Below the pieces are notes generated by a model that saw only the letters and a program-made list of their open reading frames with translations, did no database searches and had not been told where the DNA came from. 64,000 nt of DNA, taken from assembly GCA_965113315.1 (NCBI GenBank), contig OZ220370.1, one strand, 5' to 3'. Shown here in pieces: positions 49,861-61,511 of this stretch. Source of the DNA: Podarcis vaucheri. Lineage: Eukaryota. Each line of letters starts with the position of its first letter. Positions within the stretch are counted from its first letter, which is position 1. The position numbers and the translations under genes were made by a program.

Positions 49861-51588
49861 TTAGTCTGGTATAAAGTTAATTTACCCGACTGCAAAGACA
49901 ATAAATGTTTCGGCTTAGGCTAAATCCCCCTCCCTCGCCACCCTATTACAGTTGGGGCATTTTGACAATTTGGGGAGGGTCAAATCAGGACATTAACGGA
50001 GGCAACCTTTCCTGTAGTGGCAGTCACAATTTCTGCTGCTGGCTCTGGAGACTTATATTTCCTAGTCTGGAAGTACAAACCTCAACAACTTTGACTAGAT
50101 CAGATAAAAGCCTTAAACCGTCTTTGACTTTCAGAGTCCTAACTGAACATCAGCGTGTTGAAGTATAAACAGAAGAGAAATTAGTGCATCCTCTTTGTTC
50201 CAATCCCACCTGGATAAGTCTAGCAAAAGCTGGGTATTATTAAAGGGTGGTTTTTTGTGGGTTTTTTGGTGGTCCTTAATGTCTGTGTGCATAATTACAA
50301 ATCAAACATATTCACATTATTAACTTTTATAAGTTTATTAGTCTCAGTGCTAATGAAACCATTCATCCTTTGCAAATGTGCATGGCTCCCTAATGAAACT
50401 TCAGTAGATGGGAAAGCAGTTAAGTGAGTACATCCAAATGTTTATGCCAAATTCTATTTGTTGCAGCAAGGAGGGAAGACCAAATTGCTTTCAAGCAGCT
50501 TTCTACAAGCAAGCAAACAAACAAAAAACCCAAATGCAATCATAAACTCACCATAAGATGTGCCTCTATGTAGGCATACATTTCTGCTCTATAGCTGTAG
50601 TGGTGTTTTTCCAGTGGCAAACTCTTCTACAAGTGGCCTAATAATTATTTATTTATTTATTTAGCCTAGGAATCAAAGTGAGTTTTAAGAAAGGGGAAGC
50701 TTTTCCATTTCAAGTTCATTTACTTCCTTCAATTATTTACACCCCGCCTTTCAATCAAATGATTCTCAAGGTGGCTTACAAGCAACTGGTGATAAAACAA
50801 AATATCTTAAGCTCACATATGCATACACACTCATGGCCCAACAGCCCCACTGGATTGGACCAAAGCAGTCTGTCCCCAATGAGCACAATAGCATTTTCCT
50901 GCTTATGTTTCCCTGTAGCTGGCATTCAGGACCAGAAAGGATCACGTTCAGGGCTGTCCCCCCCCCCCAGCTGAAACACACCGAAACTCAGCTCTGGCAC
51001 CTCTCAGCTGGGTGCCATTGTCATTTCAAGAGATCAAGGGAGGCATTTATGGTGAGTTCTGGCACCTCTTTTTCTATAAAAAATAGCACTGATCACATCC
51101 ACAGATTTATCCTGCTTCTTGATATGAGCCAGTGTGAGCCCGGGCCCTGCCTTGCAACTGCAGCAAGAGTTCTGACAGCACTCAGGGAACAGAAGGAGCT
51201 AGGAATTCATGACTGAATGGTGTGGCGAGAATTTTTCAAGTGTTGACCGTAGCAAAAGGGGCACCTTCAAGCTGCAAAATGTCTTGGGCTGGCACTGTGC
51301 AATTCTCTGCGTGAGAATAAAAGAGAACCCCTGCCACACACACACACACACAGAGCAGTGGTGGGTGCAGAAGGGGATACCTAGCCTTTTGACAGCGGCA
51401 TCACTGCCATGTATAAGGACGGTGTGGGGGACAAAGTGGTAGCGGGGGGGGGACGGGTGCACTGGCAGGAGTGGCAGATTGGCTCTGCTAATAAAGCCAC
51501 CCCACTCCAATCTCACTGTCTTCTTCCACTGCCTTTCCATTGTCTCAGTACATAGCAATGCCACTGCCACCGGGAGACTAGGTACACA

Positions 51589-51735
51589 CAGTGGCGTAGC
51601 GTGGGTTGTCAGCACCCGGGGCAAGGCAAGTAATTTGCGCCCCCTAACCCGTGGATTTGCGCCCCCTAACCCTAACCCCCAGATGTTGCGCCCGGTGCGG
51701 CCGGCCCCCCCTGCACCCCCCACGCTACGCCACTG
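51589..51735 (-). mobile_element. 147-bp hAT MITE carrying TTAGGG units (second copy)
   Basis: Perfect 17-bp TIR cagtggcgtagcgtggg; perfect 8-bp TSD ggtacaca (51581-51588 / 51736-51743). Confidence 0.93.
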
Positions 51736-53900
51736 GGTACACAGCAACGTCCTACACCACCAGGTGTTCCCGCCCAGGCCCACGGCTCCATCCCTCCCAA
51801 TACCTCCTTGTGATCCTAATGATCTTTGCCTGGGTGGAACAAGAACCTGAATATGAGAAGGCAGGACTTTAAGGTCCGGTGTGGAGTAGATCCTGTACTG
51901 CCATGCCACAGAAGATCACAGTCACAAGCACCTGTATAAACAAATGCCAGCTGTGGGGAACAAGTTCCAGCAGTGCATTGTCTGGGAAATAATGATGGTG
52001 ATGCCACTGATAATTATGCAGGAGAAAGCAAAGCCCCCACACATGCAATGTTTCATCCATCCATTACCCGTATCCGTAGCAGTGTTGTGAAACTGAGCCC
52101 TGTGTACCTTGAAGCGCTATTAACAATGAATCAAAGGAGGTTTACAGAAGTTCCACCCGGTGGAATCCTATATGGCCACAGGAAATAACAGCCACATATC
52201 ATGCGCCTCTTACTAGAGCAGAAGCAAACCTGTGACATCAATGAGGGAGAGAGAGAAAGAAAGAGAGAGAGAGAGAGAAGGGAACATATGGCTGTAGCTG
52301 AGGGAGCCATCCCAAAGCCTAGCCAGATGCAGACTCCGGGAAAAAAATTCCTGGCTGCCAACCAACTCCAGCATTTGGGAAGCACTGCAGCACGGAATAC
52401 TCCTCTGCATACATCTGCTTGGTTTTTTTTAATGGTCATATAGCCATTCTAGCACGGAGTGAAACTTTGGCCGGTGATTATGATTTGTTGCAGTTTCACT
52501 CTCCTTATTGCTTAATCTACCTTTTGTCTGCTAGAACGTTTCAAGAGCTCAGTGCTTTTAATGAGCTGCTGAAGTTGGATGCATTTTGTAGCCGCATCTC
52601 AGTGTCACAGCAGTGAGCACTTGGTGAAATATTTAAGACTGATTTGCCTTAGTTAAAGGGCTAGTTAAATCTCTCTGTCTCCCTCCCTGCACTTCCCCTC
52701 CCATCTCTGTCTCTCTCCTTTTACTCTCCATTTCAAAAAGACATCTCAAAGAGATACCCTTGTGTTTCCAGGCTTCTAAACTATTGGGATCAACTCCTCA
52801 GAGTACAAGATTTGCTTTCAGTCTGCAATCCCTTCCTTCTTTTTGAACTCAAAATTGTCCATGATCTGGAAGTGTAAGGTTTTCTTTCTTTCTTTTTCAG
52901 TCTGTAAAAGGAAACTCTTTTTTCTTGTTTTTTCTGTTTGTTTCTTTATTTGAATCCCCAGCAGGAAAATAAAGCAGTGGGTGGGAGTAGGAATAAGCAT
53001 TTAGCTCCTGGACTGCACAAGTTATCTACAAATTCCTCATTATTTTCTGCACTGAACTGAGCCTGTAGTAATATATATAAGAAAGAAACAAGAGAAAACA
53101 TTCTTAAACCAGTGAAGTATTTACTCCTCCCTCCTTTTTAAAGAAACGTCTTAATCCTATTAACAGTAAATTATACTACCTATTGTGAAAGCAAACAAGA
53201 AAGAAATATTTGAAGCATGCAGTTAATTATGATACCAAGCGAAACATAATATTTATGCTTTCCCTGCATAGCTGAACATTTTTTCTTTCACTATCTATGA
53301 GTCATTCACTGATTGAAGGCTTGAAATTGATGAGGAGACGAAGAGGAAAAGAGAAAGGACACATTAGTATTTCTCCAGAAATTTCACTGTATATAGATCA
53401 TTATTAACATTATGAGAAATATCAGGGGGGGGGGTTGTTTTACAATTGGGTAATTCTGTGTTGCTTGTTGACAATCAACTTAGATGGCTTTAAAAGGATA
53501 CTGGACAAATTCATGGAGCTTAAGGCCACAACCATGATGGCCAGCTGAGGCCTTCACTCGGATCCTGCCTGCTTGCTTCCCATAGGCATTTAGTTGGCTA
53601 TTGTGAGAACAGGATGTGGGACTAGACAGGCTTTACTTGTGTAGAGGGTTAGACAAGATGACCCTCAGGGTCTCTTCCAACTCTACAATTCTGTGATTCT
53701 ACGATTATTTAAATAGACAAGAAACAACCATGCAACAGATTACAATCTGAGGGGCCAGAGAATGTGTCCTTCAAAACATTAATCACTTGTAAGCTGGTCA
53801 TCCATACTCACTCATATTGTGTATGGAACAAAGCAATGCCTAAGCAGTCTTCTTTCTCTAAGGTTTGAAGCTGATGGCATGTTTTAACAAAAAGTGTTAC

Positions 53901-53954
<54 letters not shown>

Positions 53955-53957
<3 letters not shown>

Positions 53958-54208
53958 GGTTTTGGTGTCTTCGGGTGTCTTCCCGTGTAAGAGTCGGGGT
54001 GTCTGTGCGACGTTTCGACGAGGTCTCACTCGTCATCTTCAGGCTGGTGCTTTCGGCTTCTTGTTACTGGAACAGAGCCGAAAGCACCAGCCTGAAGATG
54101 ACGAGTGAGACCTCGTCGAAACGTCGCACAGACACCCCGACTCTTACACGGGAAGACACCCGAAGACACCAAAACCTGCATTCCTGTACCCGTGAAAATC
54201 TACGAAAG

Positions 54209-54210
<2 letters not shown>
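53955..54210. mobile_element. ORF-less Penelope fold-back mini-element (inverted pseudo-LTR ends plus 31-nt tail) in (TA)n
   Basis: 104-bp arms 53955-54058 / 54076-54179, 17-nt loop, tail attcctgtacccgtgaaaatctacgaaagca; (TA)n at 53905-53954 and 54212-54257. Confidence 0.92.
54090..54127 (+). ncRNA. Minimal hammerhead ribozyme motif in Penelope pseudo-LTR; other copies at 56855-56892 (+) and on the minus strand near 10500-10537, 54007-54044 and 54310-54347
   Basis: CTGAAGA-t-GACGAG-tgagac-CTCGTC-GAAA-CGTC: conserved core, 6-bp stem II, short palindromic stem III; stem I only 2 bp. Confidence 0.7.
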
Positions 54211-54257
<47 letters not shown>

Positions 54258-54260
<3 letters not shown>

Positions 54261-56975
54261 GGTTTTGGTGTCTTCGGGTGTCTTCCCGTGTAAGAGTCGG
54301 GGTGTCTGTGCGACGTTTCGACGAGGTCTCACTCGTCATCTTCAGGCTGGTGCTTTCGGCTTCTTGTTACTGGAACAGAGCAGAATCTGGTGTTTGAGTT
54401 CCTATAAATACTGTTGAGGGGTGTGGTGTATGGCCTCCAACGTTCTGGGCAGAGAGGAAGTTCCTAGATTAGTGTGCCTCTTCTTCTTTTGTTCCTTAAT
54501 TACTTGAGGGATATCTTGAGTGATTTCATGAGTGATATTCTGAATACCACTGGGTGGGTCATTAAGTGTAGATTAGTTGCTAAAGCTTTTGTGTCTTGAC
54601 CTCTTGAGCTTGTGAAGAGTTTTTCTGAGAAGATGGCTGTGCTGCATTTAGTTGTGCTCTGGCTTGGCTTCGTGTATAGGGGCGAGCTGTGGTTTTGTGC
54701 CTTGTGCCAGCCAGATCTGTGTAGGGATTGCAGGGGGGTGCAGCATCCGGAGGTGCCACTATAGTTTGGCTACTGGATGGAGTCTGTAATATGTCTGTGG
54801 AGAGGGTCTGGGTTTGGGTCTGGTGTGGTTGATTGGTGACGGCGTTCTGTGTGCCTCTGGTTCTGGTGTCGGTTTTTGTGGGGAGGGCTAATTTCCAGAT
54901 GTCTGGCAGGCGGGACGTGTCGTCACGCTTGTTCATGTTGTGAGGGTGTTTCTCTATCTCGATGGCTTCCATGATTATTCTCTTGTGGTGATGTTCCATG
55001 TTAAAGAGCAATTTGGAATCTGCAAAATTAATTTCGTGTCCTGTTTCTTTCATGTGTTGGAAAAGAGAGGAAGTTTTTTCTTCTTTTTTGACGGCATTCT
55101 TGTGTTCTGCGATACGTGCATTTATTCGTCTGTTTGTTTGTCCAATGTACGTGGCTGGGCAGACTTTGCAGGGTATTTCATAGACCCCTTGGTTTTCCAG
55201 CTGGATTTTGTCTTTTGGGTTTCTGAGGATATTGGCTATTTTTTGGTTGGTGCAGAAGGCTGTTTTGATATTGTGTTTATGGAGGATTTTGCTGATTTTG
55301 TCTGTAGTGCCCTTGATATAAGGAAGGAGGGCCATGCCATTGTTTTCTTCTGTGTCTTGGTTTTTGGGGGGTGTTTCTTTTTGGATTAGCTTCGTAACCC
55401 TGTTTTTCTGGTATCCATTGGCGATTAACACATTTGAGAGATTCTGTAACTCAGTTGTCAAGTGGTCTTTGTCAGCCAGGCGTTTGGTTCTGGAGATGAG
55501 AGTCTTGGCTACGGAGTTTATTTGTGCAGGGTGGTGGTGTGATTGTGCATGTAAGTAGCGGTTGGTGTGTGGTTTTTTCCGGTAGATAGTGTGTCCTAGG
55601 GAGCCATCAGGTTTTTTGTAGATTAGGACGTCAAGAAAGGGGAGTTGGTTGTTGTCTTCTATTTCCATAGTGAATTGTATTTTGGGGTGTAGGCTGTTGA
55701 GATGTGTGAGGAAGCTATCTAGTTTTTCTTTCCCGTGTGGCCAAATTACAAAGGTGTCGTCAACATATCTGAGCCAAAGTTTGTGTTTGTGTTCTGACTT
55801 GTCTAAAGCATTGGTTTCAAAGTGTTCCATGTACAAATTTGCGATGACCGGTGAGAGGGGTGATCCCATAGGTGCTCCTTCTATCTGTTTGTATCTTTGT
55901 CCATTGTGGATGAAGTACGTGTTGGTTAGGCAGTGGTTGGTCAGGTCCAGGATGTATTTGGGGGGGTTGTATTTGTTTTGAATGGCTGTCAAGGCTTCAT
56001 TAATGGGCACTTGAGTGAAGAGAGATACAACATCGAAGCTCACAAGTAGGTCATCGGGATGTAGGTATTGCTTCTTTATTGTTTCTATGAACTGGAAGGA
56101 GTTAGTAACGTGTGAAGCGATGGATTCTGCATAGGGCTGAAGTTGCTTAGCGAGAAATTTAGCGAGATTTTGTAGAGGTGAGATTCCAAATTGCTCTTTA
56201 ACATGGAACATCACCACAAGAGAATAATCATGGAAGCCATCGAGATAGAGAAACACTCTCACAACATGAACAAGCGTGACGACACGTCCCGCCTGCCAGA
56301 CATCTGGAAATTAGCCCTCCCCACAAAAACCGACACCAGAACCAGAGGCACACAGAACGCCGTCACCAATTAACCACACCAGACCCAAACCCAGACCCTC
56401 TCCACAGACATATTACAGACTCCATCCAGTAGCCAAACTATAGTGGCACCTCCGGATGCTGCACCCCCCTGCAATCCCTACACAGATCTGGCTGGCACAA
56501 GGCACAAAACCACAGCTCGCCCCTATACACGAAGCCAAGCCAGAGCACAACTAAATGCAGCACAGCCATCTTCTCAGAAAAACTCTTCACAAGCTCAAGA
56601 GGTCAAGACACAAAAGCTTTAGCAACTAATCTACACTTAATGACCCACCCAGTGGTATTCAGAATATCACTCATGAAATCACTCAAGATATCCCTCAAGT
56701 AATTAAGGAACAAAAGAAGAAGAGGCACACTAATCTAGGAACTTCCTCTCTGCCCAGAACGTTGGAGGCCATACACCACACCCCTCAACAGTATTTATAG
56801 GAACTCAAACACCAGATTCTGCTCTGTTCCAGTAACAAGAAGCCGAAAGCACCAGCCTGAAGATGACGAGTGAGACCTCGTCGAAACGTCGCACAGACAC
56901 CCCGACTCTTACACGGGAAGACACCCGAAGACACCAAAACCTGCATTCCTGTACCCGTGAAAATCTACGAAAGCA
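54258..56975 (-). mobile_element. Penelope-like retroelement (Poseidon-like), 5'-truncated with a 764-bp inverted terminal repeat and tail, in (TA)n
   Basis: Arms 54258-55021 and 56181-56944 are reverse complements (2 mismatches seen); tail 56945-56975; (TA)n on both sides. Confidence 0.95.
54580..56182 (-). CDS. Penelope reverse transcriptase + GIY-YIG endonuclease (RT N-terminus truncated)
   Basis: LVSFDVVSLFT, QIEGAPMGSPLSP, WLRYVDDTF, LPFLDV, GVYEIPC..C..TYIGQT; no stops. The first ~27 aa of the predicted ORF come from the inverted arm. Confidence 0.9.
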
Positions 56976-57985
56976 TATATATATATATATATATACCCAC
57001 ACCCGCACCAACTTTTCCTAGCAATGGTGTATGTTTAAAATAGACTTGAAATGCACATACGTATTCACTGACCCCAAATTATTACTGATATCTGAAATTA
57101 TCTTCTGCCACCTGTTTGCAAAACTTGGAAAAATATAAACAACACTGTTCTTATCTGCCAAGGGAAAAATCAAAGTAATAAGTCAATGGCAGTGCATAGG
57201 GCATGGAGCTAAAAATACAAAATTCTACTTCCATGTGAGGCCATTCAGCTTAATAACTCTTTCTCCCATTAGCACACAATTCACTTTTTGGAGTGGGGTA
57301 GGGGGTGGTGTAGGCTTTTTGCAACAGTAATATTTTGTTGGAAAGCAATGGAAATTTAACAGTCTTTCAGCGCAAGAAGAATCAAGTGTTTGGTGATGCC
57401 TGTGAGATGCGAGCCCAGATGCAGCACCTCTGCTGACCTGCTAACAGACAAGTTTTGAGCAGGTGGCAGTTGTTCCACATTCACTGATCCAAAGCAAATT
57501 GGTGTGTATAAGACATTAATAATCCTAGTGGTTGCAAGCAGGCGGCCAGAGTGTCATAGATGGTGTTACAGAATAGATTTAATCTGAAGTTAAAAGCTGT
57601 GGTCTTGTATATGAGTAGAACTCTCTTCCAAAGGCGGTGAGATTCCTATCACAATGTCACTTCTGTGGGAAGCTGCCAAACTACAAATGGCAATGATTTA
57701 AACTATCAAAATAAAACAGAAACGTATCCGAATAATTATTAATTCATCGACGTGAGCACAAGAACATAATAGCCTGCTACATATCTAAGGTTGTAAAACA
57801 TGGTAGCAGCCAAGCAAATGAGGAGCAAGTAAATGTCGCAAGTGTCGTTAATGGAGTTGCTGTGTTCTAGCCCATAGTCCTTGTCATCCTGGAGATACTC
57901 AGCACTCTATCAAACAGGCAATATGTTTCTTGACGGCTGAGCACATTTCCTCCAGGGAATGTAATCCCAAGCCAGTGTAGACCCC

Positions 57986-58167
57986 AGGGCCAGCCCAAAG
58001 CATTTTGGCGTCTGAGGCAAACCACAAAATGGTGTCCCCCTCTCCACTAAGGAAGAAGGGTGAGTGAAGATCTACAACACGAACAAGGGATCCCTGGGAT
58101 CCGCTTCCCTGTGGATCCTGCCACCTTAAGCAGTCACTTTGCCTTACCTCTTGCATGGGCTGACCCT
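57986..58167. mobile_element. hAT-like MITE (cagggccagccc...gggctgaccct)
   Basis: Imperfect TIRs; homologous to 36-229. Confidence 0.55.
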
Positions 58168-61100
58168 CCCCTACTTCACTATCCCCATATTTTCCTCTCT
58201 ATCGTCACACGTTGCAAAGTGTTTTAAGGACATGTTGCCTCTAAGCAGGTCTAAATCTTGTGAATACCTAGAGGCAGGAAGAGAAACCATCTGGGAATCC
58301 TAGACACGGCATCTTGAGCTGCATCGTAGGATATATAAATAAAAATGTAATAAGTTGTTATGCGTGGATTCAATTATCATCCTTCTCAGTTGCTATCAAA
58401 TGATTTTCTAAGAGCCACTGCAACTTCCAATTCGATTTTGAGCATCAGATCCATATAAGCATTCACGTTACAAATCATATGTATTTTTAAACATGCTGAG
58501 ATTGATGATCCATAGATCCGTCTTTATTAAGAAAATAATGGTTTTCTTAAGTATTCCATGAACACCCACACTCAATAGAGATATTAATCTGGCTGCAACA
58601 GGGGGAGAAGCCACTCCATTGGCTCAACTGAGAGTTTGGCACCATTTAGTTTCTTCTCACCTTGAGTTGTTTTCATTCAAGATGGCTCTTAGGAGAACTC
58701 TAACTTTAAAAACCAGTGACAGTCCTTGTTTGTTTTCCTCCTCCTCCCTTCTTATCCTCTTTTCCTCGTGTTATGTATTTCAGATTGTATGTGTCCAGAC
58801 AGCAACTATATTCTTTATAATTATTTAACTTATGGAAGCCCTTCTGGGAACTCCTTCAGTATTAACTCCTCTTCGTGTTAATATTATCACATGAGGGAGT
58901 GAACTTCTAATCACCATTGGAGGAAGCCTTAAGGACAATTCTAGTTACATTACATTACATGGCACTGTGTATGTGTTATACATATACTATGACCACTAGT
59001 AAGATATCATTGATGTCTACCCATGCAGATGTGGAAATTCATCTGAAAGCAAAAAAAATATTCCCGTTTTACCACTGAGATTTCCAACTATATTCCATTG
59101 TGCTGTATTTACATTAGGTCTTCCGAATGTGTGTTTAATTGGTAAACTCAGACAATTACTCTAGACTCTTGCATGCCTGCTTGTGACTCCCCATCTGGTA
59201 GTAAACCTGCATACGGCATTGAATTATTCTGCACTGCACCAGGTAATGTTGCCAATTGTCTGTCTATTGTCTTTCCCATATATATTTAAATACGTCACTC
59301 CCATTTATTTTGAGTGCAATTGTTTTTGCCTTTTTAATTCATTTCCCCCTTTTCTATTGCCTGAATTTGTCATGGATGCCATTATTTTATTCCCTTCCCC
59401 TCCCGAAGAAAGTGGATGCCAGCTTAGATTCAGCCCCGCAAATAGGTGTGGGCAACGTGCCAGAAGGCTTCTCACCAAGGAGGGCAGCTGCTGTCCTCTC
59501 TCTGAAGAATAATTCATCACCTCCTTGAAACACTCTGCCTTCATTGGCTTGCAAACACAGAACTGCAGAACCTGTGGGCGAAGCTGGTTGTTCTGTGGAG
59601 TAGCATGTGCTGCGTGGCACCTTCCCACTGGGATGTCATTTACACTGGGTTTCGTGTAAATATATGCACATTGGAATCCCCATTTGCGCTCTCTCTGTTG
59701 AGTTCTGGATCCAAAGAATAGCCAATATACAACAGGTTGAGTCTTGACTTAATTATTTCTATCCAGGATTCAAGAACCATGCCTTTCATGTTCATGCACT
59801 ACCTTTGCAAAGCAGGAATTGAAGCACACTTGACAGAGCTGCCCAAAGAAATTAAATTAGGCTGAATGAGCTGTAGCAGAGAAAAGCAACACACTTTGTG
59901 ATTCTAGTGATTTCCCTGTGTTAACAGAGCATGCCAACTTGTGCAACCCGGTAGCGACATGTATCTTTGAGAGGGGAAAGGTGTGCTGCTAAGCGGTCAC
60001 ACTCTTTAAAGTAAACCCCCTTGAACACAGAAGGATTAAATCCAAGTCAATGTGCATAGGTTTGTGTTCCGAATGCCTTATCTCAGTCATAGTCGTCTAC
60101 AATAATGACAATAACAGAAGCCAATATTATGCCCATTTACAGGTCAGCTGATTCTGAAATATAATTTGTAGAAGGCCGTGCTATAATTCATGGGCTATGC
60201 TAGGATTCGAAGCCCAGTCTCCCAGGTCCAGAGTTGTGTGAACTGTCTCTAACAAGTACCTGAAATTCCTGGTACCAGGTGGCAGAGACGTGGAGACTCT
60301 CTCCATACAGTGGGAAAGGTAGACCTCCATACCTGCCAACATCATGGGGACCAAAATCAGGATGCTCCTTTTGCTAGACCAAAAGACACTCTCTTTTTTT
60401 GGTCTCACAAGACCCAAAACAAGTGCCTTTCAGTCTGGCGCTCCAGCGTGAGTCAGCTGGCTTGCTCCAAAGTGCTGGACCAAAAAAAGATGACATTCCG
60501 GGATCCACGTAGAAGCCAGGATTGGCTTCTGTAATTCCAGAACGTCCTGCTTAAATCGGGACTGTTGAGCGCTATGCACCTCATAAGAACCTCTGTGCAT
60601 GATGGCAGCCATGTGGAGCAGCTTTAAATCGTATCCGGGTCCTGCCTGTAAAATGGTGGGTTGGTCCCCTATTTCAAGCTATTATTTTGAGCCCCTTGCT
60701 TCTTTGCGACATTGTTGCTCATGTTGCTGACAGCACTTGCTGGAGCTCCTGATATGTTCGGCACATTCCGTATGCTCTACAAAATGACTGGCAACTATCA
60801 TAGCCATCAATCAGTTAGAGCTGCAATGCCAACAGAAGTCTGGCAGGGTTACATTTCTTTGAACATACATCCACTGGCATTCCTACTGGCTTGACAGTGA
60901 TCTCTTGCGTTGGTCCCGCAGACTGTTGAAACAGACCGGTTCCAGTACACAATGCCTTCAGCTACTTCCTCTCATGACATAACCTAACTAGACAGTTATA
61001 TTTTGACTGGCTGCTGTACACGTTTGATTCTAAAACCATCCCCTGTTTGCAACACGGCACAAATAACACAATTTCTTAAGCAGAACCTTATTTCAAAATA

Positions 61101-61511
61101 GATTGTACCCACAGGAAAGTATCAATCTACAATTGTCCATATGGCTTCAGACTTTCCTAAAGCTGCCCCGTCTGTCTTTACCTTCCACATTAATTTAACG
61201 GAAAAATTATAAATAAGAAGACTTTTTTTGAACCATCTTAATCTCTGGCAGCTCTTAGAAACAGTTGCCTTGAAACCTTCATCTGCCTTTATAATAAACG
61301 AATCAGTATTTGGTTCAAAGTGGGGCATGATGCCTTTTACTACTTCTGTTAATGCTATTTTTGCTGATGAAACAGAATGTAAGCCTTTGAGTTTCAAAAG
61401 TCAGAGAGAGAGAGAGAAATCAGAACAATAAAGCGATCTTGATTATGTTTGAAGATGACTTTGTTAACAACACATTTCAATCATAACAAACCTATGTTTT
61501 AACAAAAATCT

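Noticed and set aside
49797-49862. tRNA-Lys gene
   Set aside because: Anticodon loop has a deletion, the B box is mutated and it is fused to a CR1 tail, so it is a SINE head.
51199-51909. 236-aa minus-strand ORF and the overlapping 123-aa ORF
   Set aside because: They span the GC-rich MITE and a (CA)n tract; no recognisable domain; stop-poor by composition.
53894-54397. 167-aa ORF and similar YIYI-rich ORFs around 10.4, 11.3 and 54 kb
   Set aside because: Artefacts of (TA)n tracts and antisense Penelope pLTR sequence.
58653-58700. Possible minus-strand micro-exon ending AAG|gtgaga; another donor-like site near 41050
   Set aside because: Acceptors are weak and such motifs are expected by chance in 64 kb.
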